This document shows, one piece after another, positions 41,649 to 50,922 of a DNA stretch of 64,000 nucleotides. Made by a program: the position numbers and the translations under genes. Numbering within the stretch: the stretch's first letter is position 1; every line of letters begins with the position of its first letter. The stretch is from Phycisphaerales bacterium. Its GTDB lineage: Bacteria; Planctomycetota; Phycisphaerae; Phycisphaerales; UBA1924. The DNA lies in NCBI GenBank assembly GCA_965227775.1, contig OZ245777.1:1600001-1664000 (forward strand), given 5' to 3'. The notes under the pieces were generated by a model that ran no database searches, had not been told where the DNA came from, and worked only from the letters and a program-made list of their open reading frames with translations.

Positions 41649-42247
41649 TGGTCGCAGTCGTGCAAACGGGCGTGGCAAACACGGCGTCGGTCGCGGCGGC
41701 CCTCGAGCGGTGTGGCGTGCGTGTTTCGAAGGCACAAACAGCACGGGACGTGCAGCGTGCCGCGTTCCTGGTGCTGCCCGGCGTGGGCTCGTTTGACGCG
41801 GGGATGGAAGCGTTGCAAAGTGCCGGGCTCGTTGATTCGTTGCGGGCTCGGATCGATGCGGGCAGGCCCACGCTGGCGATCTGCCTGGGCATGCAGTTGC
41901 TGTGCGGGTCTTCGGAGGAGTCCCCGGGCGTCGAAGGCCTCGGCGTCGTCGACGCGCGCGTGGAGGCGCTCTCCGAGCCGGTCAGACCATGCTTCGGCTG
42001 GAATCGGGTCGTGCCGGATGCCGGCTGTGAGACCATCGACGACGGTCATGCGTACTACGCCAACTCGTTCGGCGTGCGCGATCGGCCTGCGGGTTGGAGC
42101 TGTGCGGTGTCTGAGCTTGAGCGACCGTTCCTCGGCGCGATGCAACGCGGTTCTGTCCTGGCTTGCCAGTTTCACCCGGAGTTGTCGGGGCCGTGGGGGC
42201 TCGGGCTCTTGCGGCGATGGATGCAGGCGGAGGTTGCGGCATGCTGA
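41648..42247 (+). CDS. hisH: Imidazole glycerol phosphate synthase, glutaminase subunit
   Basis: 'PGVGSF', 'ICLGMQLL', 'QFHPE'. Confidence 0.93.
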   Translation: MVAVVQTGVANTASVAAALERCGVRVSKAQTARDVQRAAFLVLPGVGSFDAGMEALQSAGLVDSLRARIDAGRPTLAICLGMQLLCGSSEESPGVEGLGVVDARVEALSEPVRPCFGWNRVVPDAGCETIDDGHAYYANSFGVRDRPAGWSCAVSELERPFLGAMQRGSVLACQFHPELSGPWGLGLLRRWMQAEVAAC

Positions 42248-43008
42248 CCAAGCGGATCATCCCGTGCCTCGACATCCGCGATGGGCGGATCGTCAAGGGC
42301 ACGAGCTTTGCCAACCTGCGCGACGCAGGTGACCCGGTAGAGCGTGCAGCGGCGTATGAAGCGCAAGGCGCCGACGAACTCGTCGTGCTTGATGTTTCGG
42401 CAACGCCCGACGGACGCGAGGCGGCGCTGCACACCGTCGAGGCTATCCGGCGGGCGATCTCGATCCCGTTGACCGTTGGCGGCGGCGTCCGCACGATCGC
42501 TCACGCCCGGGCATTGCTCGAGGCAGGAGCCGACAAGGTGGGCGTGAATTCGGCGGCCGTCGAGCGGCCCGAGTTGCTCACCGAGATCGCCCAGCGGATG
42601 GGCGCGCAGTGCGTCGTGCTGGCGATCGATGCGGCGCGCAGCCAAAGCTCGTGGGAGGTCGTGACGCGGTCGGGCACAAATCGGACGGGTATCGACGCGG
42701 TTGACTGGGCTCAGCGGGGTGTTGGCGCTGGTGCGGGTGAGATCCTGCTGACCAGTTTTGACGAGGATGGTCGCGGCAACGGCTACGACCTGGAGCTGAT
42801 CCGTGCGATCGCAAGCGCGGTCGACGTCTCGATCATCGCTTCGGGCGGCGCGTCGACGGCCGCGCACATGGTCGATGGGTTCGAAGCCGGGGCCGATGCG
42901 GTGCTCGCGGCGTCGATCTTCCACGATGGCGTGGCGAGCGTGGGGGAGCTCAAGGAGCAACTGAGAGCCGCGGGCGTGCCCGTACGGATGATGGAGGTGG
43001 CGTCATGA
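42241..43008 (+). CDS. hisF: Imidazole glycerol phosphate synthase, cyclase subunit
   Basis: 'KRIIPCLD', 'GADEL..LD', 'GAGEILLTS.D.DG', 'LAASIFH'. Confidence 0.96.
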   Translation: MLTKRIIPCLDIRDGRIVKGTSFANLRDAGDPVERAAAYEAQGADELVVLDVSATPDGREAALHTVEAIRRAISIPLTVGGGVRTIAHARALLEAGADKVGVNSAAVERPELLTEIAQRMGAQCVVLAIDAARSQSSWEVVTRSGTNRTGIDAVDWAQRGVGAGAGEILLTSFDEDGRGNGYDLELIRAIASAVDVSIIASGGASTAAHMVDGFEAGADAVLAASIFHDGVASVGELKEQLRAAGVPVRMMEVAS

Positions 43009-44288
43009 TGGTTCCGTCGGTGGATCTTCGCGGTGGAAACGCGGTGCAGCTCGTGGGTGGCAAGGAGCTGGCGGTCGATGCGGGCGATCCGGCGCCGATC
43101 GCCGAGCGGTTTGGCTTGGTCGGCGAGGTTGCGGTGATCGACCTCGATGCGGCGATGGGCACCGGATCGAATCGCGAGGTCGTGCTCGATCTGGTTCGGC
43201 GTGTGCCATGCCGCGTGGGTGGTGGCATCCGCGATGCGAGGACGGCGATCGAGTTGCTTGACGCGGGAGCACGCCGAGTCATCCTGGCAACGGCGGCAAC
43301 GCCGGACGTGCTGCAAGAGCTGCCGCGTGAGCGCGTGATCGCCGCGCTCGATGCGCGCGATGGAGAGGTCGTCGACCACGGGTGGACGCGGGCGACGGGC
43401 CGCAGGGTCGAGGATCGGATTGCCGAGCTGCGCGAGCACGTCGGCGGATTCCTCGTCACGTTTGTCGAGCAGGAGGGCGGGCTCAGTGGGTGGAGCGAGT
43501 CGCAGCTTGAGCGGATCGCGCAGCTCGCCGAGCTCGCTGGGCCGGCGCGGCTGACCGTCGCGGGTGGCGTGAAGACGCCGGCCGATGTCGCGGCGGTCGA
43601 CCGACTCGGCGCCGACGCACAGGTCGGCATGGCGCTCTACACCGGTGCGTTTGACCTAGCCGAGGGCTTCTGCGCACCGCTCACGAGCGATCGGCCCGAC
43701 CGGCTCTGGCCCACGATCGTCACCGATCCCGGTGGCCGTTCGCTCGGGCTGGTGTACTCGAACCTCGAGTCTGTGCGGGCGTCGATCGAGCAAGGACGAG
43801 GCGTCTACTTCTCACGCTCTCGAGGCCGATTGTGGGCCAAGGGCGAGACGTCTGGCAACGTGCAGGAACTGCTGGGCATTTCGACCGACTGCGACCGCGA
43901 CGCGCTGCGGTTCACCGTGCGTCAGCGCGGCGCGTTCTGCCACACGGGGACAACAACGTGCTTCGGCGAGTCGCGAGGGCTCGCGAGCCTCGACGCAACG
44001 CTGGCCGAGCGCCTCCAGTCGCCGCCGGCCGGTTCGTATACGGCCCGGCTGCTCGACGATCCCTCGCTACTGCGGGCCAAGTTGATGGAAGAGGCGGGCG
44101 AGCTAATCGACGCCGAGAGTGCGGAGGACGCGGCCCATGAGGCGGCGGACGTGGCGTACTTCGCGCTTGTCGCCGCCCGAGCCCGTGGTGCGACGCTTGA
44201 GAGTCTCGAGCGAGAGCTGGACCGCCGGAGCCTTCGCGTGACGCGACGATCGGGGAACGCCAAGGTCAACATCGGGAGTGACGCGTGA
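43005..44288 (+). CDS. Fused HisA-like isomerase / HisI cyclohydrolase / HisE pyrophosphatase
   Basis: N-terminal barrel ('PSVDLRGG..VQL', 'DLDAA', 'VGGGIR'), HisI ('W.KGETSG..Q....DCD.D..QR.AFCH'), then HisE ('SYTARL', 'K..EEA.E', 'EAAD..YF'). Confidence 0.92.
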   Translation: MMVPSVDLRGGNAVQLVGGKELAVDAGDPAPIAERFGLVGEVAVIDLDAAMGTGSNREVVLDLVRRVPCRVGGGIRDARTAIELLDAGARRVILATAATPDVLQELPRERVIAALDARDGEVVDHGWTRATGRRVEDRIAELREHVGGFLVTFVEQEGGLSGWSESQLERIAQLAELAGPARLTVAGGVKTPADVAAVDRLGADAQVGMALYTGAFDLAEGFCAPLTSDRPDRLWPTIVTDPGGRSLGLVYSNLESVRASIEQGRGVYFSRSRGRLWAKGETSGNVQELLGISTDCDRDALRFTVRQRGAFCHTGTTTCFGESRGLASLDATLAERLQSPPAGSYTARLLDDPSLLRAKLMEEAGELIDAESAEDAAHEAADVAYFALVAARARGATLESLERELDRRSLRVTRRSGNAKVNIGSDA

Positions 44289-45574
44289 TGCTGCGACGGA
44301 TTGATCAGAACGAGGCAATGCGGCGTGGCCGACGGGGCGCGATCGACGCCGACGCGGTGGCCGACGCGGCCAGGATCGTCGCGGACGTGCGCGAGCGCGG
44401 CGAGGCGGCGGTGCGCGAGCAGGCCGAGCGGTTTGGCGAGCGCGCCGAGGGAGCGCCGCTGGTGCTCGACCGGGCCGCGATGGAGGCGGCGCTGCTGTCG
44501 CTCGACGCCGAGACGCGCGGCGTGCTCGAACGCACCGCGGGCAGGATCGAGGCGTTCGCCCGGGCGCAGCGAGATGCGATCACGGACCTGGACGTCGCGA
44601 TCGAAGGCGGACGGGCCGGCCACACGCTCGTGCCAATCCAAGCCGCGGGCTGCTACGCGCCGGCAGGGCTGCACCCGTTGCCGTCCTCGGCGCTCATGGG
44701 CGCGATTCCCGCGCGCGTCGCCGGGTGCGAGCGCGTCGTGATTGCCTCGCCCGGCGCGTCGCCTGTCATGCTCGCAGCGGCGGCGATCGCGGGTGCTGAC
44801 GAGTTCCTCGCGGTCGGTGGGGCGCACGCGATCGCATCGCTGGCGTACGGCTTCGATCGGTTCGAGCCCGTTGACATCATCGTCGGCCCGGGCAACGCCT
44901 GGGTGACGGCGGCGAAGCACCTCGTGTCGATGGATGTGGGGCTCGACATGCTGGCTGGCCCGAGCGAGCTGCTCGTCATCGCCGACGACTCGGCCGACCC
45001 GGCGATCGTCGCGGCCGACCTGCTGGCCCAGGCCGAGCACGATCCGAGGGCGGCGGCCATGCTCGCGACGACCAGCGCGAGCTTGGCGGACGCGGTCGAT
45101 GCCGAGCTCGCACGCCAGCTACCCGAGCTGGAAACACGGGACGTCGCACGACGAGGAATCGCGAACGGCTTCGCGTGCGTCGTCGACTCGATCGACGAGG
45201 TGCTGCGGGTGGCCGACGCGATCGCAGCCGAGCACGTGGAGGTGCTGACGCGCGACGCCGAGGCCGATGCGTCGCGCTTGAAGCACGGCGGCGGCGTCTT
45301 CATCGGTCCCCAGAGCGCCGAGGTCTTCGGCGACTATGGCGCGGGCCCGAACCACACGCTGCCGACCGGCGGCGGGGCCCGCTGGACGGCCGGTCTGAGC
45401 GTGCTCGATTTCCTCCGCGCCCGCACGTGGCTGCGGATGGATGCGGGCGAGTCTGCCGAGCGTGTGCGCGCGGACGCGGCAGTGCTGGCGAGGATCGAAG
45501 GGCTCGATGCGCACCGGCGGTCTGCGGAGATGCGGACGACGAAGACGGCGGCGTTGGTGACCAGGAGTCGCTAG
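44288..45574 (+). CDS. hisD: Histidinol dehydrogenase
   Basis: 'GGAHAIA.LAYG', 'GPGN.WV', 'AGPSE', 'QAEHD', 'AEH', 'GDY.AGPNHTLPT'. Confidence 0.96.
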   Translation: MLRRIDQNEAMRRGRRGAIDADAVADAARIVADVRERGEAAVREQAERFGERAEGAPLVLDRAAMEAALLSLDAETRGVLERTAGRIEAFARAQRDAITDLDVAIEGGRAGHTLVPIQAAGCYAPAGLHPLPSSALMGAIPARVAGCERVVIASPGASPVMLAAAAIAGADEFLAVGGAHAIASLAYGFDRFEPVDIIVGPGNAWVTAAKHLVSMDVGLDMLAGPSELLVIADDSADPAIVAADLLAQAEHDPRAAAMLATTSASLADAVDAELARQLPELETRDVARRGIANGFACVVDSIDEVLRVADAIAAEHVEVLTRDAEADASRLKHGGGVFIGPQSAEVFGDYGAGPNHTLPTGGGARWTAGLSVLDFLRARTWLRMDAGESAERVRADAAVLARIEGLDAHRRSAEMRTTKTAALVTRSR

Positions 45575-46344
45575 TGCTTCCGCGGCGTGGGCTTGCGCAG
45601 CAGCTTCGCGACCACTGTGCCCGTCAGCGCGTCGTCGATGCGCTGCGGTTCGATGACGCTCGTTAGAGTTGGCATCGCCTCTCGTAGTTCGGCATCAAGC
45701 GCGTCCGGGTCCTCGCCAGTAGCCATGAGCATCCAGCCGCGATCGGTGCGGTAGCGGTTTACGGATCGCGCCGCGGTGACCATGTGGATGTGCAGAATCG
45801 CACGCGTGAGTGGGCCGTGCTCAAAGTCGATCTGGTCCGGCGGCGTGCGTGTGCCGTGCAGTACGGCAACCGAGGCGAAGCATGGAGAGTACAGGATGGA
45901 GCCCAGTGGGCGCATCCGGCAAACGTAGAAACGCAGGCCGTCGACGTCGCCACTCCAGCGGGCGAATTCGGCATCCTGCCAGCGCAGTCCCACGCTGCCG
46001 CTGCGAAGGTCAACTATGAGGCGCCGTTCATTGGGCAATCGAGCCATAAGGAAGAAGTAACCGGCCAGTCCGAGCAACACTGCGGCGGACGCGGCAAGTG
46101 TCACGTTCGCTGATGGTGTGGCCGGCTGCATCGCGAACAGCAGGAACACGCATGGCGCCCCGAGCAAGAGGAACATGGCCATCATCCACAGCATCGCCCG
46201 ATTGCTCATGCCGGCGTGCCGCTCAGCCGAGTCGTACACCGTCACGACGTCGCCCTCGTGCTCGACGTCAAGGGGCGCGTGCAGGAAGCGCAGGGTCAGG
46301 AATCGGTCGTCCAGGGCACGTGGGATGGGCCGGTCCTCGGGCAT
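45571..46344 (-). CDS. Hypothetical two-TM membrane protein
   Basis: Two hydrophobic helices followed by a beta-rich region. TACCAT lies 6 nt before the ATG at 46344. Confidence 0.6.
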   Translation of the reverse strand: MPEDRPIPRALDDRFLTLRFLHAPLDVEHEGDVVTVYDSAERHAGMSNRAMLWMMAMFLLLGAPCVFLLFAMQPATPSANVTLAASAAVLLGLAGYFFLMARLPNERRLIVDLRSGSVGLRWQDAEFARWSGDVDGLRFYVCRMRPLGSILYSPCFASVAVLHGTRTPPDQIDFEHGPLTRAILHIHMVTAARSVNRYRTDRGWMLMATGEDPDALDAELREAMPTLTSVIEPQRIDDALTGTVVAKLLRKPTPRKH

Positions 46345-46422
46345 CATGCGATGGTATCAGGCGGCCTTCGGGGAACGATCGCCCGGGCCCGCAGGCTCTC
46401 GCTCATCGCGCGGGTGGACCGG

Positions 46423-47097
46423 CTACGCCGCCTTCGGTCGACTCGATCCGCACGCGTTCGCATCGCACCCGAAGATCACGCCCATCGCCCCACTCCACGG
46501 GCTCGTGCGTCCGGTCGTGCGGCGGGCCCGCACGCGGTAGGAGACCTGCCGCACGCCCGCGGGCACGCGGCGATCGCGCCAGCGGCGGTGGCCGGTGCTC
46601 GCGACGAACTCCCAGTCGCCCGGGCCGCCGTCGAGCGGCGTGATCTGCCGCTCGATCTCGTAGAAGACGCGCTCGCCGCGGGGCGTGTAGCGCAGCTCGA
46701 TCGGGCCGTAGTGCAGCGGCGTCACGCCCATGATCCGCGGTGCGATCGGCTTGGGCCGGCGGCCGGGCGTTTCGGGCGCGGGGAGTTGCGCGGTGGTGTA
46801 GACGGCGGGGTCCTTTGTTGCCTTGGCGAAGGCGTCGATGGTGGCCGTGCTCGCGCCGAAGTTCTGGCGCAGATCGGCGATCGCCAGCCGCTTGCGCAGC
46901 AGCGCCGCCTCGTACGCCTCGCGGGCCCGCTCGGCCTCCACGAACGCCGCGCGGGCCGACTCGGACTTCTCGATGAACGCGCCGACGCTCGTCTCACTCA
47001 ATCCGATGCGCGTCGGATCGATCGCGTCCCAGTGCGCACCCAGCGCCCGGCACTGCGCGAGGAACTCGGCCTCGCCCTTCTTCGCCCGCCTGGCCAT
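46423..47097 (-). CDS. Hypothetical protein, helical N-terminus plus FN3-like C-terminal domain
   Basis: Coiled/helical first half, a Pro linker, then 'FYEIER...W..V.ST....W.D..VP.G...VSYRVRA.R....SPWS' FN3 pattern. GGGAG ribosome-binding site. Confidence 0.7.
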   Translation of the reverse strand: MARRAKKGEAEFLAQCRALGAHWDAIDPTRIGLSETSVGAFIEKSESARAAFVEAERAREAYEAALLRKRLAIADLRQNFGASTATIDAFAKATKDPAVYTTAQLPAPETPGRRPKPIAPRIMGVTPLHYGPIELRYTPRGERVFYEIERQITPLDGGPGDWEFVASTGHRRWRDRRVPAGVRQVSYRVRARRTTGRTSPWSGAMGVIFGCDANACGSSRPKAA

Positions 47098-47322
47098 GCC
47101 ATCACTCCCCGCGCCTCGCGCACGCCACCCGCCGCGCGATCACCAATGTCTGCGGCGCCGCCCGACGCGGGCGGCCCAATGGAACGTCGGCCCGATGCGT
47201 CCGCGACTTGAGCCCACGCGTCCGGCGAGCACGAGCACGCCGCGCCGCGGGCTGCGGACGCGTGCGGGCCGGGGCACAACGCGTTCCGGGCCCGCCGGAA
47301 CGCTGTCCCGGCACGCGGGGCA

Positions 47323-47427
47323 GCGTTTGTGGGGGAGGAGGACGCGTGGGGAGGGGCTCTGCAGGCGTGGGAAGGGGGTTTGGGGGTCCTCAGAGAGGGT
47401 TTAGGGGTGCGGGGAGGGGGTTTGCGT
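47323..47427 (+). repeat. Degenerate 21-nt G-rich tandem repeat (about 5 units)
   Basis: gcgtttgtgggggaggaggac / gcgtggggaggggctctgcag / gcgtgggaagggggtttgggg / gtcctcagagagggtttaggg / gtgcggggagggggtttgcgt. Confidence 0.6.
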
Positions 47428-47557
47428 CGGCCGATCGGGGCTCGGGCTAGGTTCGATGGATCGTCCGAAGCGAGTGGCAAGTGTGTCACCACAGGGGTTG
47501 GGCGTGGCGGCGGCCGGGGCGGCGGTCGCGCTTGAACGATTCGCATAGTGTTCGGTC

Positions 47558-50500
47558 ATGGATGACCATGACGGCCAAGGTAGCGAGCCCGCGGCAGACC
47601 AGCCCGAGCCCCTGACGCCGCCGCCAAAGCGGGCCGCGCTCACCGTGTTCGTTCGCTGGCGACCACTGCGTTGGCTCGACAAGCCGCTATCGAAGTTGCT
47701 GGGCATCGAGCCGCGGTTGCTTTCCTCGCGTGTGAAGCTTGAGCCGGTGCGGTTCGAGGGCAGGTTGGGCGAGCGATGGCAGTTCTGGTTGTGGCAGGTC
47801 CAGTCCTGGCGGGGCAGCCTCACGCTGTCCCTCGCGGTGTTCGATTTCATCCTGCTGATTTCGATCTTGCTTGCATGGCTTGGTCTCACGCCGTCCTGGC
47901 GCCCGACCGACCCCGTCGCCATCGCGGCCGGACCTGGCGCGGCCGCCGCCTACTCGGGCCTGCTGTTCGGCTTCTTGCTTACGGTTGCGCTCTTTGCCGT
48001 GCAGGTACGCGCGAGTCGTCAGGACCCGTCCGTGCTGCCGCTCGCACCGATGATCTCCAAGAAGCACCGCACCTTCATCGTGCTGGCGTTGACCGCTGGC
48101 GTGGCCATGGCGAACCTGTTCTTCGTTTTTGCAGGCCCGGTCTTTGCCCTTGAGCCAGCCATCCTTTCCGCGCTCGGCATCCTGAATGGACCGCTCCTCG
48201 CATTTCTGACGCTCATGGCCATCTGGTACATGTCACGAGTGCTATCCGACGCTGGCGCTGCTGACCTAGATATGGCTATGCCCGCGATTGACATGGCGAT
48301 GCGCGAGCAGCTCGCAGTCGATACATACCTTGAAACACTCCACGAGGCTTACGATGCAGCGAGAGACGGCTGCGGAATCACATATGACCCATACATGGGC
48401 ATGGGTCTATCAAGCCCCGCCGACAAGGCAGAGGCGATCGCGATAGCGCGATCGGGTGTGGCCGGCGACGTCGACTGCATACGGCTGCACATGCTCGGCT
48501 GCATCTCACGCCAACTAGGGGCCAGGCTATTCGTAAGCCTTCGCGTTGGCGACTCTATGAAGAAGACCGCGGGCTTTCAGCTCCAAGTGAATAGTGGAAG
48601 GACAGAGAGCGAAGGCGCCGGAATCAAGCGGATACGTTCGCTCGCGCCATCGGTGTTCATTGTGTCACGGACCGACCGGAGATTGCCAGCGGGTCATGTA
48701 CGACAATTTCTCAAGCGACTCGATGCAGTGCTCAGACAATTGGCACGTGACGGGCGTCACATAGAACTCGAAGAACGACTCAATGATCTCAGGGCGCTCC
48801 GTGACACGTGGCTACCGATGCTCCCGGCTAATGTGCAGCCACCAGCCCCCTGGTGGATGCGTGCCGACCAGAGCTTTGCAGGTTCCTTGGAGATTGAGCC
48901 ACGAGCATTGGCAGAATCGGCCGCGCAGTCAGGCGACGCATTGACACTCGAAGAGACGCTTGGATACCTGGCTCAGTCAGCCATCGCTTGCGAGCATTAT
49001 CACCAGATACCACTTATGTCGCAGCACCTCGATGCCTTGGTTTCTCTTTGCTACAAAGCCCTACGTGTTGAAGCGTTGTGCGTGACTGCCGGAAGCAGAC
49101 TTGATTCCCTACTTCATTCTCTACTCTTGTCGGGCCGCCCTGATCTCCAAAGGAGAGACGCGGTCCCGAGCGAGATTCAAGCCGAGGCGCATTGGGCTAG
49201 CTTGAGATTCGCTCTCAGTCTCGTCAAAGCCGCTATTCGATGTGACAACGCTGAGTACGCGAGAAAGTTCGCCGATCGCATTTTCGACTTTCACGAGGTG
49301 TTTGGCACGCCAACTCGAGATCACGACTATGAGGGAACTGTCGACAATGACTTCTACAGCCGATCGGACTATGCGGGTATCGTGCTGCTTGGCTGGTCGA
49401 TCGAGGTCTTGGGTCATGAACCGGCCAGTATCAACAAAGCAGCACCAGAAGTCAAGGAGTACCTCGTTGGACAACTGCCGTCGTTACCTCGACTCATAGC
49501 GCTCTGGGAGCTCTATCGAGGCGACTCTGCCCGACGCGCGCCCGCTGACGGCCTGCTTGGTGTGACTGAATGGGACGTTCGTGATTGGAGCGAGGAGTGG
49601 CGTTCTGGCAGGCCCGTCACACGCAATGGCCCGACCGACGTACCAAGGCTGGGAATGCGCGCCGCCTTGTTGCTCACGAATCGCGAGCACAGCGGCAGGG
49701 CGGAGAACTTCTTTGCGGGTCCACCAACACGACACATGTGGGCAACGTCGCAGAGTCATGAAGCGAAGCTTGTGAAGCTCGTTGCCGACCCACGCCTGAG
49801 TCTTGACAAGGGCGAACGAGCAGATCGCCTCCAAAGGGCGATTGCCATGGTGCGCGATCGGCGGCGTGCTGGCGATGTGGCCTACATGCGGTATGTGTTG
49901 CATGAGCCCATCTCGGAGACTCGATGGGCCAAGTACAGAGAGGACGCCAAGAGGGGTTATACGGATAAACAGTCGTGTGTCGAAGCGCTCCGGTCGGTTG
50001 GCGTAGGGGCGGGCAAGATCCCAACTAGCGGTCTTGCGACGGGTATTGAGCTTAACACGCCGCGCGAGTACTTGCTCGACGACAGCAACTCGGCGTCGGG
50101 CCTTGGTGCACACTTAGGCGAATCCGTAGCTTCGCGAGAAGCAGTCGGACTGTTTGCCACAATCGAGGACGCTGCACAACCGGTTGGAGCCTGCCAGACC
50201 CTCGCGTCCCTTTCTGAAAACGTCCGCCTCGCCCGGAAAGCCTTGCAAGACCAAGGCTACAACGTTAATGTGCTTGTGCTCCCGAATGAAAATCGCGTTA
50301 CCGATGCACTCTTTCAGGTGCCCGCGTGGCAGATACCCGATCGAAGAGGATTCGGCGGCGCGAGCCTGGGTCAATGGGAGGGCTTGTTGGTGCTCAAGTT
50401 CCCATACACGAACGCGAACCATGCAATGTTACTAGATACTACGAAATTGCTTACGACGGCGCACATCGCAGGCGGTAGTCAGCCTGTCATCGAGATCGTG

Positions 50501-50890
50501 GCGGAGCGCAACGACGCAAGCTTGAATGAAGGGTACCTCTCCGCGGAGGAGGCTATCGATTCGGGGGATGAACTGCCCGACACTCATACCATTCGCGTTC
50601 GTACACGCATGATCGCCCCGCCCCCCCTCGCCATCGCCGACATCAACGCCGCCCTGGCCATCGACCTGCGGCAAGCCGCCGGCTACGTGCTCGACGAGAA
50701 GGCGAACACGTACCACCGGCCCGGATGCGAATCCATCGGGCAGGGCGAGCACGAACGCTACCTGCACTTGCCCAACGACCAACGGCTCAGCGCGTGCGAG
50801 AAGTGCAAGCCAAACGAGTGGGACTACGAGGCCGAGCGTCGGCGCAGGAAGCTGAGCGAGCCGGAGGACCCTGGCGCAGGGACCGAATGA
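47558..50890 (+). CDS. 1110-aa membrane protein: DUF2254-like 4-TM N-terminus, helical middle, putative HK97/capsid-like domain, C-terminal Ada-type Zn finger
   Basis: Long uninterrupted ORF with 4 TM helices, 'ARSGVAGDVD..RL......LGARLFVSLRVGD' (DUF2254-like) and 'YHRPGC...ACEKCKP'. The capsid-like reading is inferred from motif order. Confidence 0.8.
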   Translation: MDDHDGQGSEPAADQPEPLTPPPKRAALTVFVRWRPLRWLDKPLSKLLGIEPRLLSSRVKLEPVRFEGRLGERWQFWLWQVQSWRGSLTLSLAVFDFILLISILLAWLGLTPSWRPTDPVAIAAGPGAAAAYSGLLFGFLLTVALFAVQVRASRQDPSVLPLAPMISKKHRTFIVLALTAGVAMANLFFVFAGPVFALEPAILSALGILNGPLLAFLTLMAIWYMSRVLSDAGAADLDMAMPAIDMAMREQLAVDTYLETLHEAYDAARDGCGITYDPYMGMGLSSPADKAEAIAIARSGVAGDVDCIRLHMLGCISRQLGARLFVSLRVGDSMKKTAGFQLQVNSGRTESEGAGIKRIRSLAPSVFIVSRTDRRLPAGHVRQFLKRLDAVLRQLARDGRHIELEERLNDLRALRDTWLPMLPANVQPPAPWWMRADQSFAGSLEIEPRALAESAAQSGDALTLEETLGYLAQSAIACEHYHQIPLMSQHLDALVSLCYKALRVEALCVTAGSRLDSLLHSLLLSGRPDLQRRDAVPSEIQAEAHWASLRFALSLVKAAIRCDNAEYARKFADRIFDFHEVFGTPTRDHDYEGTVDNDFYSRSDYAGIVLLGWSIEVLGHEPASINKAAPEVKEYLVGQLPSLPRLIALWELYRGDSARRAPADGLLGVTEWDVRDWSEEWRSGRPVTRNGPTDVPRLGMRAALLLTNREHSGRAENFFAGPPTRHMWATSQSHEAKLVKLVADPRLSLDKGERADRLQRAIAMVRDRRRAGDVAYMRYVLHEPISETRWAKYREDAKRGYTDKQSCVEALRSVGVGAGKIPTSGLATGIELNTPREYLLDDSNSASGLGAHLGESVASREAVGLFATIEDAAQPVGACQTLASLSENVRLARKALQDQGYNVNVLVLPNENRVTDALFQVPAWQIPDRRGFGGASLGQWEGLLVLKFPYTNANHAMLLDTTKLLTTAHIAGGSQPVIEIVAERNDASLNEGYLSAEEAIDSGDELPDTHTIRVRTRMIAPPPLAIADINAALAIDLRQAAGYVLDEKANTYHRPGCESIGQGEHERYLHLPNDQRLSACEKCKPNEWDYEAERRRRKLSEPEDPGAGTE

Positions 50891-50922
50891 TCCTCCACGA
50901 GCTACAGCAAGGGAGGCTCGCC

